Origin: Octopus vulgaris
Lineage: Eukaryota
Reading direction: 5' to 3'
NCBI GenBank assembly: GCA_951406725.2
Contig: OX597815.1
Span: 113,336,001 to 113,400,000 of the forward strand
Length of the DNA: 64,000 nt
The notes under the pieces were generated by a model that did no database searches, had not been told where the DNA came from, and worked only from the letters and a program-made list of their open reading frames with translations. Positions 1 through 12,775 of this stretch are shown here, piece after piece; within the stretch, counting starts at the first letter, position 1, and the number at the start of each line of letters is the position of its first letter. Position numbers and translations under genes: made by a program.

Positions 1-1086
1 TAAATTTAAGGAAATGGCATGGGTGTATGTATACGTGGATTAACAATATTTTGGTGGTATGTTCGTGTTTTCTTTATTACGTGTCTATATTTGTATGTTC
101 AAATTTAGTGTATGTATCCTTAAAAAAAAAAATAGGCGGGTACCGGTGCTGTTTTCATCTTCTATTTTCATTTTCTTCGTATCTGAATGCTTGGAAGGAA
201 TATTATTTTGAGCCCAGTTCTTAACTGGTACTTTATTAAAGGCACAGTCGAACTCGGAATGTAAAGGAGTTGTAATTAAATGCAGCATTTTGTCTAATTT
301 TCTGAGATTCTGCTCTTCTGGACAAAATGACAGCAGTTTCTAATTCTTACATTGGCATTGCTTTGTAGGGTCTGTTGCAAAATCACTTAAATTTCAATAG
401 GGCTGGAACTATCATCACTCTAAGTGGAAGCAGCACCCACTGTATAACTGTTGAGGGAACTTTTAAAGGGTTACTCAACCAGTTAGAAATCGTACCCTAT
501 CGTCTTTATAAAAGAGGAAAAAAAGGGAGAAAAGGACTTGCTGTTTTATGTAGCCCTCGATATATTATGTATGAAAGGATAAGAGGCTCCAGAACACGTT
601 TGATTAAAAGTCTACTCGACGGAAGTTAATGTAAAATTAAACAACTTTGTTGGTATGCCGCACTGGATGTCGGGCTCACCAGAGGCATTCTCAGTCTTTT
701 CCTGGCCATAGCATTTAGAACTGCAGCAGCAATATATCTTTCTTTGAAACCGCAGTGTGTTACTTAAAGGAATTCGGCTACTATCTCTTTCTCCCCCCCC
801 CTCTCTCTCACACACACACATTATATATATATATATATATATAAAAATCTGAATTTTTAAAATGTGATCTCGTGTGTGTATATGAAAGGGTGAGATCAGT
901 CAGACTTTGAAAAAATGATATAGAATATGGTTTGGGTGAAATTTGGCTGCCATTTCGAATGTGTGTTAGTAATTTTCTTTCTTTTTTTTTTTTATCGATT
1001 TTGCCTGAGATAAAGAATAGTGACCTGAGCCTTCAACATATTCTCCGATGACCGGTAGAATTAACGTTTCGTTTAAATTTTTGCTA

Positions 1087-1945
1087 CTACTCTACGGCTG
1101 CAGGGAAGAAATTCGAATGGTTTGAGGTTTTAGAATAGGAGGATTGGGCATTGTGGTTAGTGTGGGTCCTATAGGTTTGGACACAATGCGGATGGCGAGG
1201 GAAGAGACGAGTGGGTTGGTTGTACCAGAGAGGTGGTAGGAAACCAGCTGATTCCGCAAGCGAGGGACTGGCAAGACGGTTGGGTATACAGCACGTGTGT
1301 GGATCAAAGGTTGGAATGAGTTGGTGAGCAACTTCAGGCCGATCAGTCGAGTGGTCATTCTCGGGATGTAGTCTAAGAGGTCGTGCGCGCGTGTGTCTGT
1401 GTGTGTATGTGTGTGTGTGTAACAACTGCACTGTTCCAGATGTGGGTGGAATATTCCATTGACGGTAAGCGGAATCGTTACCGCGCCGGGTAGAATGCTA
1501 ACCAGAATTTCGTTCGTCCTTACGCTCTGAGTTCAATTTCCGCCGAGGTCCAATTTGCTTCACATTGTTCCGGAGTCGACAAAATAAATACCAGTTGAAC
1601 ACTGAGGGCTATGTAATCAACTTATCCCCTACCTGAACTTGGTGGTTTTTGTGCCAAAATTTGAAACCGATATTCCATTGAGGGCCTAATAGTCTTGTAA
1701 AGTGTTGGCTCTTATTGGTGGGAGGACGTTCCGGAAAAGGCGGACTGGCTATAAGTGGTTCGTGAGGAACACTTTCTGTCATTGAAGGCCAGAGTTTGTG
1801 ATGCAGTCTTTGCTTTGTTTAAGATGTAGGATGATGAGGCCCTCTGTGGTAGTGAAAACCTGGCACTTGAAGCGAACGCGAAGGTTTTAGCTGTATGTTG
1901 TTTATGTTAAAGAGACTTAAGGTAACAGTATTTTCTTGATGTGTT
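1087..1945 (-). mobile_element. Degenerate 3' end of a CR1/L2-group (Daphne/Crack-like) LINE ORF2, interrupted by a SINE and a (CA)n tract
   Basis: Minus-strand peptides: PTLYKTIRPSMEY joined to STHIWNSAVV across the SINE, then LLDYIPRMTTRLIGLKLLTNSFQPLIHTRAV and LPPLW..TRLFPRHPHCVQTYRTHTNH. These match the post-RT C-terminal motifs (LYK..IRP.MEY.SHIW; L.PL.HRR.V) of this LINE group. Frameshifted. Confidence 0.8.
1463..1669 (+). mobile_element. tRNA-derived SINE (family D) inserted into the LINE
   Basis: B-box-like GAGTTCAATTTCC and family-D body; perfect 12-bp target-site duplication ATATTCCATTGA at 1451-1462 and 1670-1681. Confidence 0.9.
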
Positions 1946-2039
1946 CAGTGACTGAGATGTGTGGTTGTATGTGTGTGCGTGTTCTAGGTATTTGTATTGG
2001 TATGCATGCGTGCGGCTATTGTTTATGATGTGTTTTCTC

Positions 2040-2353
2040 GGTATGGTTGAGTGGTTAAATTGATTTTGCTACTATGAAAGTCTTAGGCTCAATCCCACTG
2101 TGTGACACTTTAAGTTAATATCTTTTACCATAGTTTCTGCTCGACCCATGCCTTCTGAATGAAACTGAGTAGAACGAAACTGTAGAAGTCTGTTGGATGA
2201 TCTGCACGGTTGGTCTTGTGACACTGTCACACTGATTCTACCTGTGGATTACTAGATATATCGAATATCCAGCTGCTTACTCAACAGTTTGACGACTGGG
2301 TAGTTCAGTTAACAAATAACTGGAATACTCATCATTGAAACCGACGGAATTTC
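2040..2353 (+). mobile_element. Old chimeric tRNA-derived SINE
   Basis: Head resembles family A (GGCTCAATCCCACTGTGTGACAC); 3' part ending AACTGGAATACTCATCATTGAAACCGACGGAATT matches the tail of the SINE at 7165-7508. Confidence 0.6.
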
Positions 2354-2473
2354 ATTTACTTTTAATGTGTATTATCGTCATTTGTGGAAAATGTTTTTAT
2401 ATGCAGTTGTCGTATATGCGTCCATGTAATTTTATACATTAGAACTATATCGATGAATGTACTTGTGCTGTTT

Positions 2474-2656
2474 AGACACAATGCGGATGGCGAGGGAAGA
2501 GACGAGTGGGTTGGTAGTACCAGCTGATTCCGCGAGCGAGGGACTGGCAAGACGGTTGGGTATACAGGACGTGTGTGGATCAGAGGGTGGAATGAGTTGG
2601 TGAGCAACTTCATGCCGATCAGTCGAGTGGTCATACTCGGGATGTAGTCTAAGAGG
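2474..2656 (-). mobile_element. Second copy of the LINE fragment at 1180-1380
   Basis: Near-identical sequence with a 19-nt deletion between ACCAG repeats. Confidence 0.9.
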
Positions 2657-3056
2657 ACTGAAGGTCATGCCAACCAAAGCGGTCTCGTTTTTTAGATGCA
2701 AATATAAGACACGATTATCAATTATGCCCCCATCTCCTTCCCCCAAGACACCAGGGTGTTATTTGAAAGAGGTTATGACAGTTTTTGCTAAGTGATCGAG
2801 TGACAGCAAAGAACCACTCTCCCTCGTTGATTCTGTTTCAGTATTTGTAAATGTTAGTCGATTAGTGTAAATATTGTTGGTACGTTTTTATGTATGTATT
2901 TGTATATTTTGCTATTTTATATGTTCGTGTAACTTTATACGACAGCGTATGCATTTAGATCTGACTATGAACGTGAATTGCGATGTTTAGAAAAGCTGCA
3001 TTAATGTGAAAGCCGGATTTAGCAGTCGTTCGCGCGTAGAACAAAATGCCCCACGG

Positions 3057-3277
3057 CAGGATCCCCATCCTTTTTTTTTTTTTTTTGCACCGTGGACCGA
3101 TTTCATGCAAAGCAATTTTTTTTTACCGGACCTGCAAATCGCGTGCATAACAAAACATAAAGTGCATAATATATAACTGAATCATTACATATATAATGCT
3201 TATATATTATGCAATGCAAAACCACTCTACAGACTGTGCAAGCAAAGAATCCACGTTCCTGTGCTTGGGAACCCGTA
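3057..3277. mobile_element. Probable hAT-type MITE inside a degenerate family-D SINE head
   Basis: Ends CAGGATCCCCATCC / CTTGGGAACCCGTA (imperfect TIR); flanks CCCCACGG / CTTTACGG (imperfect 8-bp TSD); SINE sequence resumes after it. Confidence 0.45.
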
Positions 3278-3481
3278 CTTTACGGTATTGTTTCCGGATC
3301 TGCGCTCAGAGTTCAAATTCCTCCGCAGTCAGAGTTTAATTTCCTTTCGAGGTTGACCAGCCCAGAGAAATGGATTGGCGGAATTGCTAGAGCGTTGGAC
3401 AAAATACATTGCGATATTTGTTCCGGCTCTTTTGCATTCTGTGTTCTTAGATGATACGTTGAATCCGTCACTCAGTTTAAC

Positions 3482-3690
3482 AAGGCGGTAAACCAGCAGA
3501 ATCATTAACACGCCGAGCAAAATGCTTGGCGACATTTCGTCCGTCTTTACGTTCTGAGTTCAAATGCTGCCGAGATCGACTTTGCCTTTCATCCTTTCAG
3601 GGCCGATAAAATAAGTACCACTTGAGCACTGGGGTCAATGTAATCTACTTACTCCACCCCGAAATTGCTGTCCTTGTGCCAAATTGAAAC
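3482..3690 (+). mobile_element. tRNA-derived SINE (family D)
   Basis: Colinear with 8625-8850 (GAGTTCAAAT...GACTTTGCCTTTCATCCTTTC...GATAAAATAAGTACCA). Confidence 0.85.
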
Positions 3691-4115
3691 CTTTAGTGCC
3701 TTTAGTGGGTTCACTCTGCAATAAACATTCGGATCAGGGCTTCGGTTGGAGAAAAACTTCTTTCTTTTATCCCACTTGTTGGAAGTCTTTAAAAGAGAAA
3801 GGATCATGAGCGCTGCTCTTTCTTACCTGATTAAAAAGTAAACCAAAAACAAGTTTTTTTGTTTTGTGTGTTCGTTTGTTTGCTTTTAGTAGCGATATGT
3901 ACAACCATATGTACAACCATAAGAAGATTGCACTGACAATCGCAAGATCGTGTTTTCAACTGAGCTGTGCGTTTTGTTCTTGAGCATAACATTTAATTTT
4001 TACATTGCTCCAGTCCACTCAGCTGTAAATCAATAACCCTGCGGTGGACTAGCGTCCTGTTGGTGGTGGTGGTGGGGAATGTTGTGATCGCGGTCAGTTA
4101 TGCGCCATGGTTTAA

Positions 4116-4168
<53 letters not shown>

Positions 4169-4903
4169 GAGAGAGAGAGAGAGTTTACGAAAAAAACAAA
4201 AAAAAAACAAGGAGAGAAAAAAATGTGTGTAGTGGCTAACGATCTATCATGGCGACATACATATGTATATATGTGTATGTATGTATGTATATGTATATGT
4301 ATGTATGTGTGTGTGTGTGTATGTATGTATATGTATGTGTATATATATATGTATGTGTATATATATGTATGCGTATATATATATGTGTGTGTTTGTGTAT
4401 AGTTATATATGTGTATATATATATATATAAAAGAGAGTGAGAGGGAAAGAGTGAGATGGGGGTTGCATATACCTGACCGTGTATATGTATTTGTGTGTGT
4501 GTATTATATTGTCCGTGTTTTGTTAATATGTATGTACACGTATGTGCAAGTTATTTTACATGTTTACATTTTACATGATTATTATGCTATAATGTAAGAA
4601 AGCATCGACAGTGTATTTGTGTGTACCTGTAAATCCTTTTATAAATGGTCTTAAATTGTTTTATAGCCACGAGTTACCTTCGATCAAGTAAATCTATGAT
4701 CAACGGGCATTGCTACTGTGACTATCTTGAATTTTTCTCCATAGGATATTTTAAGATGATAGGGTATTATTTGAAGGAGATTTGGTTGCCAATTCTAGCA
4801 GTCACTTAGATGAAAGTTACTTCGTTCGTCTTTTAATGGTTTATTTATGACAGTGATTGCTTACATTTGTTGCTAGGTATTATACATACACTAAGATTCA
4901 CAC

Positions 4904-4962
<59 letters not shown>

Positions 4963-5127
4963 TGTCTGTGTATGTGTAGTTTAGTTGTTTACACATAGAT
5001 GCGTGTACATACAGATGTATGAAATTATTCAAGCACGTTTATTATTTAAATGTAAAAGAAATACATTCATCTGCACACAAACATCGTCGCTTGTATTTTC
5101 CGTCTGTTACACTACTAATTCTCATAA

Positions 5128-5162
<35 letters not shown>

Positions 5163-5658
5163 ATCAGAAACCCCCACCAATTTCTTGTCCCCTTTCACGC
5201 CTGCATCCCACAACAACTATCAACCTCATCCCACCATCACCCTTCACATTCGGTCGCTCTAAATACATAACAGATTTCTAACATTTTCCAGACTCCGTCA
5301 AAGTGTTTTGGAATGTCTGTCTATCCATAACTCCTACTGTGTCTAGTGTGTTGTTGATATTTTCTCCCTGTTATTTCAGTGTGGTGTGAACGGTGTGCCC
5401 AGGGGTGATGGGTGATAAAGGTGAAGGTGAACATCTAACGCTATTGTGTTCTCCAACTGTTTTGTTATTTGCCCTTCATTCATCCATCGCCCTTGTGGCA
5501 AAATAAAGATATTATTGGATAGGCAGAATCGTTAGAGCCTTGCACAAAATTCCTAGCAGCATTTGTCCTGACACTTCGCGTTCTGTGTTCGTATCCTGCC
5601 AAAGTCTGTTTTGCTTCTCGCCCTTTTGGAATCGATAAAATAAAACATGGGACAAGTA

Positions 5659-6887
5659 TGAGAGACCGGATCTAGTTGTTGCAAGCCCATTGTTTCCAAC
5701 TTCAAGAAATAGGTGGCACTCGAGTCTCTACCTCATGAAGGCCATGACTGCACATGTGTATTGCACTGGCGGGCTGTCACCAGGAAAAGTATGGCTCAAA
5801 AAACGATTTTTCACTCCAAAAGTGAAATTTTGCCACAAAGTTATTTCCTTAACTACTAAAGCACGGGTGGTGTTACTAAAGTAGTTTGTGGCTGATTAGG
5901 AAGTGTTGGAAGTTGCCTTCGATACATGAAGGTGTGTCCTGGATGCCATGCATTGCTAGTGTACGAGGTAATCCCCAAAAATCCATGGTCGGGGCTAATT
6001 GTTACAGTGTATCAACTTACCCCTTCTGTTTCAGTTTAACACGCCATGCCTAGAAATTACAAAAGGAAGACTACAAGGAGGAATACCCCTCCTGATGTCA
6101 TGGAAAGAACCGCCAGAAAAGTTGCAGATGAAAAAAAAATATCACAAGATGTTGCCGTAAAACGGTGCATAGGGGATGAAATAAACGAACGGAAATCCAA
6201 ACCAAAGAAAGCAACTGGTACAGAAAAGGCAACAAAGGGGAAGGGGAAAGTCAACTAAAACAGGTAAAGGCAAAGAAAGCAGCCTCGCAGCAGGCAAGTC
6301 GCCGATTGGAAATGCCTTGTTTGCTCAGATTGGTATTCCAACTCCCTTCCAGGTGAAGAATGGGTGCAATGCATGATCTGTAAAGACTGGGCACACACTG
6401 ACTGTACCAATGGACGACTGTCAGATCTGTATACTGAGAAGTTAATGGAGGACGATTCCGACTAGATGGCACATGTAACAATGGGAAAATTGGCTGATGA
6501 GGACTCTCAGTATCACAGTTAGGATATGAAGTGGTTCAAAGCACAGTTTAATTAATTAAAATAATACTTCCTAGATTCAAGATGCAGAAGACGTATTCAT
6601 TTTAAACTTGTTTGTTAACATAATTCCAAGTTATCAATAGTTGTAACAAAATACCCCAGTAAGTGTCACAACGTACACCGCACTCGGGGAAAATTGTTAC
6701 AGCTGACACCACCTCATCAATTAGAACCTGTCTAACTAATGTTACGTAATTTCTGTTTTCTGCTGATGATAACAATAAATAAAGATGTTTTACTAATTAA
6801 ATCTGAAAAGAAACTTCAGCTGTGTTCATTTATGTGGGAGCCAAGGAAAAAAATGAAAAAAATGTAGCAACTAGACCCGATCTCCCC
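5659..6887 (+). mobile_element. Internally deleted pogo-like (Tc1/mariner superfamily) DNA transposon nested in a family-D SINE
   Basis: 25-bp TIRs (TGAGAGACCGGATCTAGTTGTTGCA vs GGGGAGATCGGGTCTAGTTGCTACA, 19/25) with TA TSD. N-terminal MPRNYKRKT.. psq-type HTH start at 6046. C-terminal PHD-like KCLVCSDWYSNSLPGEEWVQCMICKDWAHTDC at about 6310-6410. No DDE core. SINE halves at 5520-5658 and 6890-6955. Confidence 0.85.
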
Positions 6888-7134
6888 TACTGAGGTTGAT
6901 TTATTTGGCGTTTCTGTTCCCCTCAAATTTCATGCCTCGCACCTATATTAGTAACAATATTGCTGTTATTTGTCTCTAATGTTATATTTGCTTGGCATGC
7001 ATATGTATGTACACATACACACACAATGTGTGTATGTTTGTAATGACAAATTTCTATACTGTTTTTGTGTACCAGATTCCCAAGACACTAGTGCAATGTA
7101 CCAGCAAATGGCACAGCTAGAGTGTGTGCCGCCT

Positions 7135-7508
7135 GGGTGAACCTTTAAGTTTCTCTCATCCCCGGCAATACAGTCTATACTGGAATTCCGTCGGTTGCGG
7201 CGACAAGTATTCCAGTTGATTCGATCAAAGGAACAACTTGCTCGTGAAATGAACGTGCAAGTAGTTGAGCATTCCACAGATACACGTACCCTTACCGTAG
7301 TGCTCAAGAAGAATCAACGTAACACAGAATGTGACAAGGCTGACCTTTCGAAATACGAGTACTACTCATTTTTATTAGCTGAGGGAACTGGGGCAACTTG
7401 AAAATAAAATGCCTTGCTCAAGGACGCAACGCACTGTCAGGTATTATACTCACAACCGTTTGGTCATGAGCCGAATGCTCCTAACCACTAAGCTATGCGC
7501 CTTCACAC
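7135..7508 (-). mobile_element. tRNA-derived SINE with CORE-like central domain (family E)
   Basis: Minus strand: GCGCATAGCTTAGTGGTTAGGAGC (A-box), then GTCCTTGAGCAAGGCATTT...CTCAGCT..AAATGAGTA; flanked by CCGCCT repeats. Confidence 0.75.
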
Positions 7509-8464
7509 CGCCTACCTCGTGAAGGCCAACTCCATAGTATCATGACTGCACATGTGTATTGCACTGGCGAGCTGAAACCAGGAAACAGGTTTATACAGTA
7601 GAACCAAAAGTTGCTGTCCTTATAAATGCGTCGCCCGGGGCAGACCCTACTCTAGCTACGCTACTGTTTGCCAGACCAGTGGGATTGAACTCGAAATCAC
7701 ATGACTGTTGCTTTAATATTCGCATTGAATGCTTGTGTTTTACATCTGAAGACTACCAGAGACATTTCTGAATATAAAACTACAAATAGTGCATAACCAT
7801 TAAACAAAAACTATAACACGCTAATCCTGATTTATTTGTGATAATAATTACAATCTATTATAAATATATGAATGGTTATTATAGTATGTCGTGCTTCATA
7901 TTTATTAATTTGTATGAGTTTGTTTGTGTGCGTATTACATGCATTTGTGTGTAATTTCTCGCCTCACTAGTGCGTTATTTTCCTCAATGTTCTAAGTCTT
8001 TTTCTCTGTAATGGTTATTATGATATTTACAACCACTGAAACCACGCTGATTCTAGATCGCATGGCTGACGAGAGGTGTTCCATATTTAAGTCCTTTTTC
8101 ATTAATTTTTCTGTATCTCACCTTTTCTCTGTGTGTGTGTGAGAGAGAGAGAGAGAAAGAGAGATGGAGAGACATGTTTTGGTGTCGGAGCTAAGAGTAA
8201 TTATGTATGCGCAGTTATTTATTTTCAACCGAAATATGTTAAGTTCGACGCTAGTAAAATAATAGTAAATTCTTTCGATCTTTTCCTCTATTTTATCTTT
8301 TATCGTCTCTCTTGCATTCTTTTATTATCATCTTCCGATTTCTTTCCTCTTTTCGTTTCCTTTAACACTTTTCTTTATTGTTCCCCCGCCCCCCTCTTGT
8401 TTTCCCGTTTTCAACTTTGTCTATTTTTTCCTTCGTCTCTTTCTGTTTTTCTGGTTTGACAGAC

Positions 8465-8516
<52 letters not shown>

Positions 8517-8624
8517 AACCTTTGCCTCTTTTTGTATCTCTCACTCTCTCTCAAACCTTTGCCTCACTCGTTCGATCCTCCTCTCCATTCCTTTCTTTCT
8601 ACCTTTCATTCTTTCTGCAATAAG

Positions 8625-8850
8625 AAGGCGGCGAGCTGGCAGAAACGTTAGCACGCCGGGCGAACTGCTTAGGAGTATTTCGTCCGCCGCTGCGTTGTGA
8701 GTTCAAATTCCGCCGAGGTCGACTTTGCCTTTCATCCTTTCGGGGTCGATAAATTAAGTACCAGCTACGAACTGGAGTCGTTCTAATCGACTGCCCCCCC
8801 CCCCCCCCTCACTCCCCCAAAATTTCGGACCTTGTGCATAGAGTAGAAAA
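8625..8850 (+). mobile_element. Young full-length tRNA-derived SINE (family D); older copies at about 23840-24045(-), 33603-33810, 50130-50260(-), 58360-58550 and 61260-61400
   Basis: GGCGGCGAGCTGGCAGAAACGTTAG..GAGTTCAAATTCC; perfect 17-bp TSD ATTCTTTCTGCAATAAG (8608-8624, 8851-8867). Confidence 0.93.
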
Positions 8851-9359
8851 ATTCTTTCTGCAATAAGTCCTTTTTTCTCTCTATCGCCCTTTAAACTTTC
8901 ATTTTCCGCTTCCATCCATTCCTTTTCCCCCATGTTTTATTCTATATTTTTCCCCCTTTTTTTTTTCTTACTCCGTTTCTCTTATCTTTCTCTTCCTTGA
9001 TTCATTTCGTGACAAACGAATAAACAAACAAACGAAACATACACATAAATACAACAGTTTCGTTGTTTGTTCAGAATATGTTACTGATGACAAATCTACT
9101 CAGAACTGTCATCAAATGTAATGGATAAATCCAACTTCACAACTTGCTTCAGACTTGTTTTTGTAGACGAGGAAAGCGAGAGTATATAAAACCGGCTGTG
9201 TGCCTGTATTTTCACGTTGCTGTCGTAAATGAGACGATAGTGTGTGTATGTTTATGTCACATTTTGTTATATGAGACCACAGTGTATGTTCATATCGCTG
9301 TCGATAAGTCATGCCCGGTATATATGACACTCAGTGGTATACGTTTATGTTGATGGTCT

Positions 9360-10220
9360 TGTTTAATTCCAGGTTAGCCCTAATCGAGCCGATCTATGAC
9401 CAAAAGCATTCTAGCTTTGACTACTATTTTTCAATGTATTCCTCCTTTTTTAAGTTGACAGGGTGTAATTTGAGGAAATTTGATACTATTTCTAGCAAGT
9501 CAAACGACTCCAATGAGGTGCCTCTGTTGTTATTTAGCCCCCGCTCAACTCTGTTGAGTCAAATTAGGATCAAAGTCATTCTAGCCATAACCTCCAGTCT
9601 TTTATTCGGACATAGGGTATTTAGGACTATATCATACGATATGTACTTTTTTCAAGAAAGACTTTAGGGTATGAGTTGAGGGAAATTTTACTGTTATTTT
9701 TAGCAACTCGAACGACCTCTTAGTGGCTTCCTTATTGACATACATACACGTGTGTATGTGTGTGTGTGAAACTGCGTGTCTGTGCGTGCCTATGTTTATA
9801 TTACATGTGTCAGTTTTGACGGCTCTGTGTATGTAGCTGGTAATATGTATAGATGTGAATTTGTGTAATAATGATGGAGCTGGGGAGGAACTGGTGTTGT
9901 GCTCGTGTGTCTGTACTTGAATCGCCCCCAGGTCAGATCTGATCGAAGTGACCTGTCAAAGACGTTCCAGCTATGGCTATACCATCTTTTTACTCAAGCA
10001 TAATCTAGAACTACGTTATCTAATATGTACTTTTTATAAAATAGCAAAATGTGATTTGAAGGAAATTTGGTTACTATTTTCTAGCAAATACTCAGGCATA
10101 GTCTATCTTGGATTACATTATCTAATGTGTCCTTCATTTTATAAGATAGCAAAATGTGATTTGAAAGAAATTTGGTTGCTGTTATTTTCCAACAAGTCGA
10201 GTGACTTCGTAGAAACGCCC
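9360..10220 (+). repeat. Cluster of old interspersed repeat family C; other copies at about 2660, 4680, 11290, 22040, 37020(-), 37430(-), 38460(-), 44070(-), 51730, 53560(-) and 62610(-)
   Basis: Recurrent motifs TTTAGCCCCAGGTCA...ATGATCAAAG and GGGTGTGATTTGA.GGA.ATTTGG.TGCTATTTCTAGCA. Confidence 0.7.
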
Positions 10221-10843
10221 TCTGGTTCTGTGTGTGCGTGTGTGTATTGTGCTTTAGTTGTTGATGTTCTGTTGATAGTGGTAACGATATATGTGTGATT
10301 TGCGTGTGATATTTTCTAGTAAGGAATGTAATGTCGTTAGTTGGCGGGGGAAGTGTAGTGTGTGTGTGTGTGTGTGTGATGCGAGTGATGATAGAGTCGG
10401 AGATTAGCAGCGAAGATAAGTCAAAAGGGGTTAGGGTATTATGTCTAACAATGTCGTCTGGAATTTACCGTTAACTGTCAATGTTGTTCTTTGTAAAAAG
10501 TTCTTGGTGTAATTCAAGAGAATTCCTTGGCCGAAATGTAAGTGAACCCAAATAAGCAAACATAAATAAATAGATAAAATGATGGAATGTGTGCATACGA
10601 GAAAAAAGAAAGAGAGGTGAAAGAAACTGGCCATCTATTACAGGATTTTGACTTTGGGGATAGTCTTTGGAGGAACTGAAATATTTGACTTATAAAATTA
10701 TTCTATAAAGGAAACTATTCAGTGACTAGCTGAACAGTAAAAAATTCACTAAAATTTTATAAAGTAATTATTTTATTCACTATATTTCATTGTCACTGAT
10801 TAAATCTGCACATAAAGTTTTGGGTGATATTTTTTATCACTAA

Positions 10844-11203
10844 CTAGCACTATGACCCGACGTTGCTGGGTCATAGTGCTAGTGCAAGCATATACAGCTG
10901 CGTGCGCACATACACGCGAGTACTGTCCAAATCTCCGACCAATCACATACAGCTACCTGGCATTCAATTGGTGTATCAAGTTTCAGGCATTTTGATTGGG
11001 TTTTGGATTGAAAATTCACAAAAAAGTAACTTCTATTGATTTGTTAATGGCTTTGCGGGGTGACTAGGGAAATGTAAAGATGTGCACGACCACACTTGGG
11101 CGGTTTTGAATGACCATAGAAAGTGCGAGCCCTCTAACTGAAAAATTGTGGATTTGTATAAAGGACACACAAACAGACATTTTGCTGTTTATATATAGAG
11201 AGA
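10844..11203 (-). mobile_element. Non-autonomous Helitron
   Basis: Minus strand: A|TCTCTCTATATATAAA 5' end; subterminal hairpin GACCCAGCAACGTCGGGTC; CTAG|T 3' end. Confidence 0.8.
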
Positions 11204-12301
11204 TTAGGTGGTTGTGTCTAAACTTAGTCTACTTTAACTGAGCGGAACAATAATACAGAAATCTCCTTGTAACACCCCTGTCAATCCCCCTAATTTCAGA
11301 TTATGTATCAAGGGCTACAGTGTTTAAAGTGTATTTTTGTTTTTTATAACGGTAGCCTGTGATTTGAGGGTGACATGGCTACTATTTCCTGGTTGATGTT
11401 CGACCGTTTAGAGCAGTTCTCAACTGGAGTCCGTATAGCCCTGGAGGTAGGGGTCTATATATGATTTTGTTGTTAACATTTATGTGATAAAAAATTGGTC
11501 ATATTTCTACAATGCTTTAACATTTTTTTAAATTTCAATTCTTAATAATATTTAATTATAAAAATATAATATGATTTTTTGAAACATCGAATGGTTAGGA
11601 GGGTCCATCCGAGTAAAATAGGAATCGAAGGGGTCCACAGGTGAAAAATGGTTATGAACCCGAGGTTCTCACGTTGGTTCAGTAGATGTAAGTTAAATTG
11701 GTTATTAAATGGTATCTGTACCTACATTCGATCACTGTACTATGAAAGTACAAGATAGTCCCCAAATAACTGGACAAATGTTGGTTACCTTAATAGTTAT
11801 AGATCATTAAATTAGAATCCATTAAATATGGGGGGGGGAATAAACAAATTTAGTTTATTGCTCGGAAATAAATGCAGTACCATTAAAGGAACACTTTTTT
11901 GCTCGAAACCATGCGATTCTTTTCGACTAAATGTAAACTAGGGTTAATTTATGACTAAGCTAGAATTATCTCACTGTATATAAATTTTAAACACAATATA
12001 AAATGGAAGCTTTCTCCAGATTTCTATTTTTAAACAGGAGCCATTTTAATACTTTTTTATTTTTATTTTCTCTCTTAATCTTCCAAATGATTATACATAT
12101 TTTATGTATATCGTTCCATTTTAGATAACACATTTTTTTTTCTGTTCAGATAATAAAATTCTTTTGTATATCTATAGCTGTATTGTATTAATTACAGACA
12201 GTGAAAGTAAATATCCCTTGCCCTATTTTCTTTTCTTTTTTAGAAGAATGAGTGATAGAGGGAATACGTCATTTCTTTCTTTTTCTTTTCCGTTTTGTTA
12301 G

Positions 12302-12441
12302 GCCGAGAAGGCGCTGTCATACACAGGATTCTTAAAACTTGTATCTTGAATAGAATATGCTACCGATCCTGAAGATCTGAAGCAGTTTCACCTGACGATG
12401 CACAAGTTATGGAAACACTACTTACAAATGTACGGGACAGG
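12302..12441 (+). other. Candidate host-gene exon (possible 5'UTR plus start codon at 12409: METLLTNVRDR, phase 0)
   Basis: Strong polypyrimidine acceptor TTTTCTTTTCCGTTTTGTTAG, non-repetitive CpG-containing sequence, possible donor AGG|GTAGAT; lies just before the CpG-depletion boundary. No homology recognised. Confidence 0.3.
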
Positions 12442-12775
12442 GTAGATTCTCACACACATACACAAAGACGTGTGTGTGTGCGTAATGACATTACATATCT
12501 AGCTTCATACCGCTAATTTACAGTATCTACAACTTGAAATGGAAAAGATCAGTGAAGTTTCAAAATTAAAGAGAGAGAAACAGTAATAAACTAGTCTGAC
12601 CACCTTTTCAGTCTCCAACACCTCCACAATTTGGGCTAACATCCTCATAATTCTGTATTTAAGCAGGATATTTAATCCTGTTTTAGTTTACCTAGATGAC
12701 GGATATCGTGAGATATCATCTGCAGTTGACTAACGTCTTGTGCAACGAATTAACCTAACAGCAAATTAAAATCAT

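Noticed and set aside
12302-12444. In-frame TGA read-through (selenoprotein-like) frame AEKALSYTGFLKLVS*IEYATD..
   Set aside because: No SECIS element or selenoprotein motif recognised; a 5'UTR exon or non-coding sequence is simpler.
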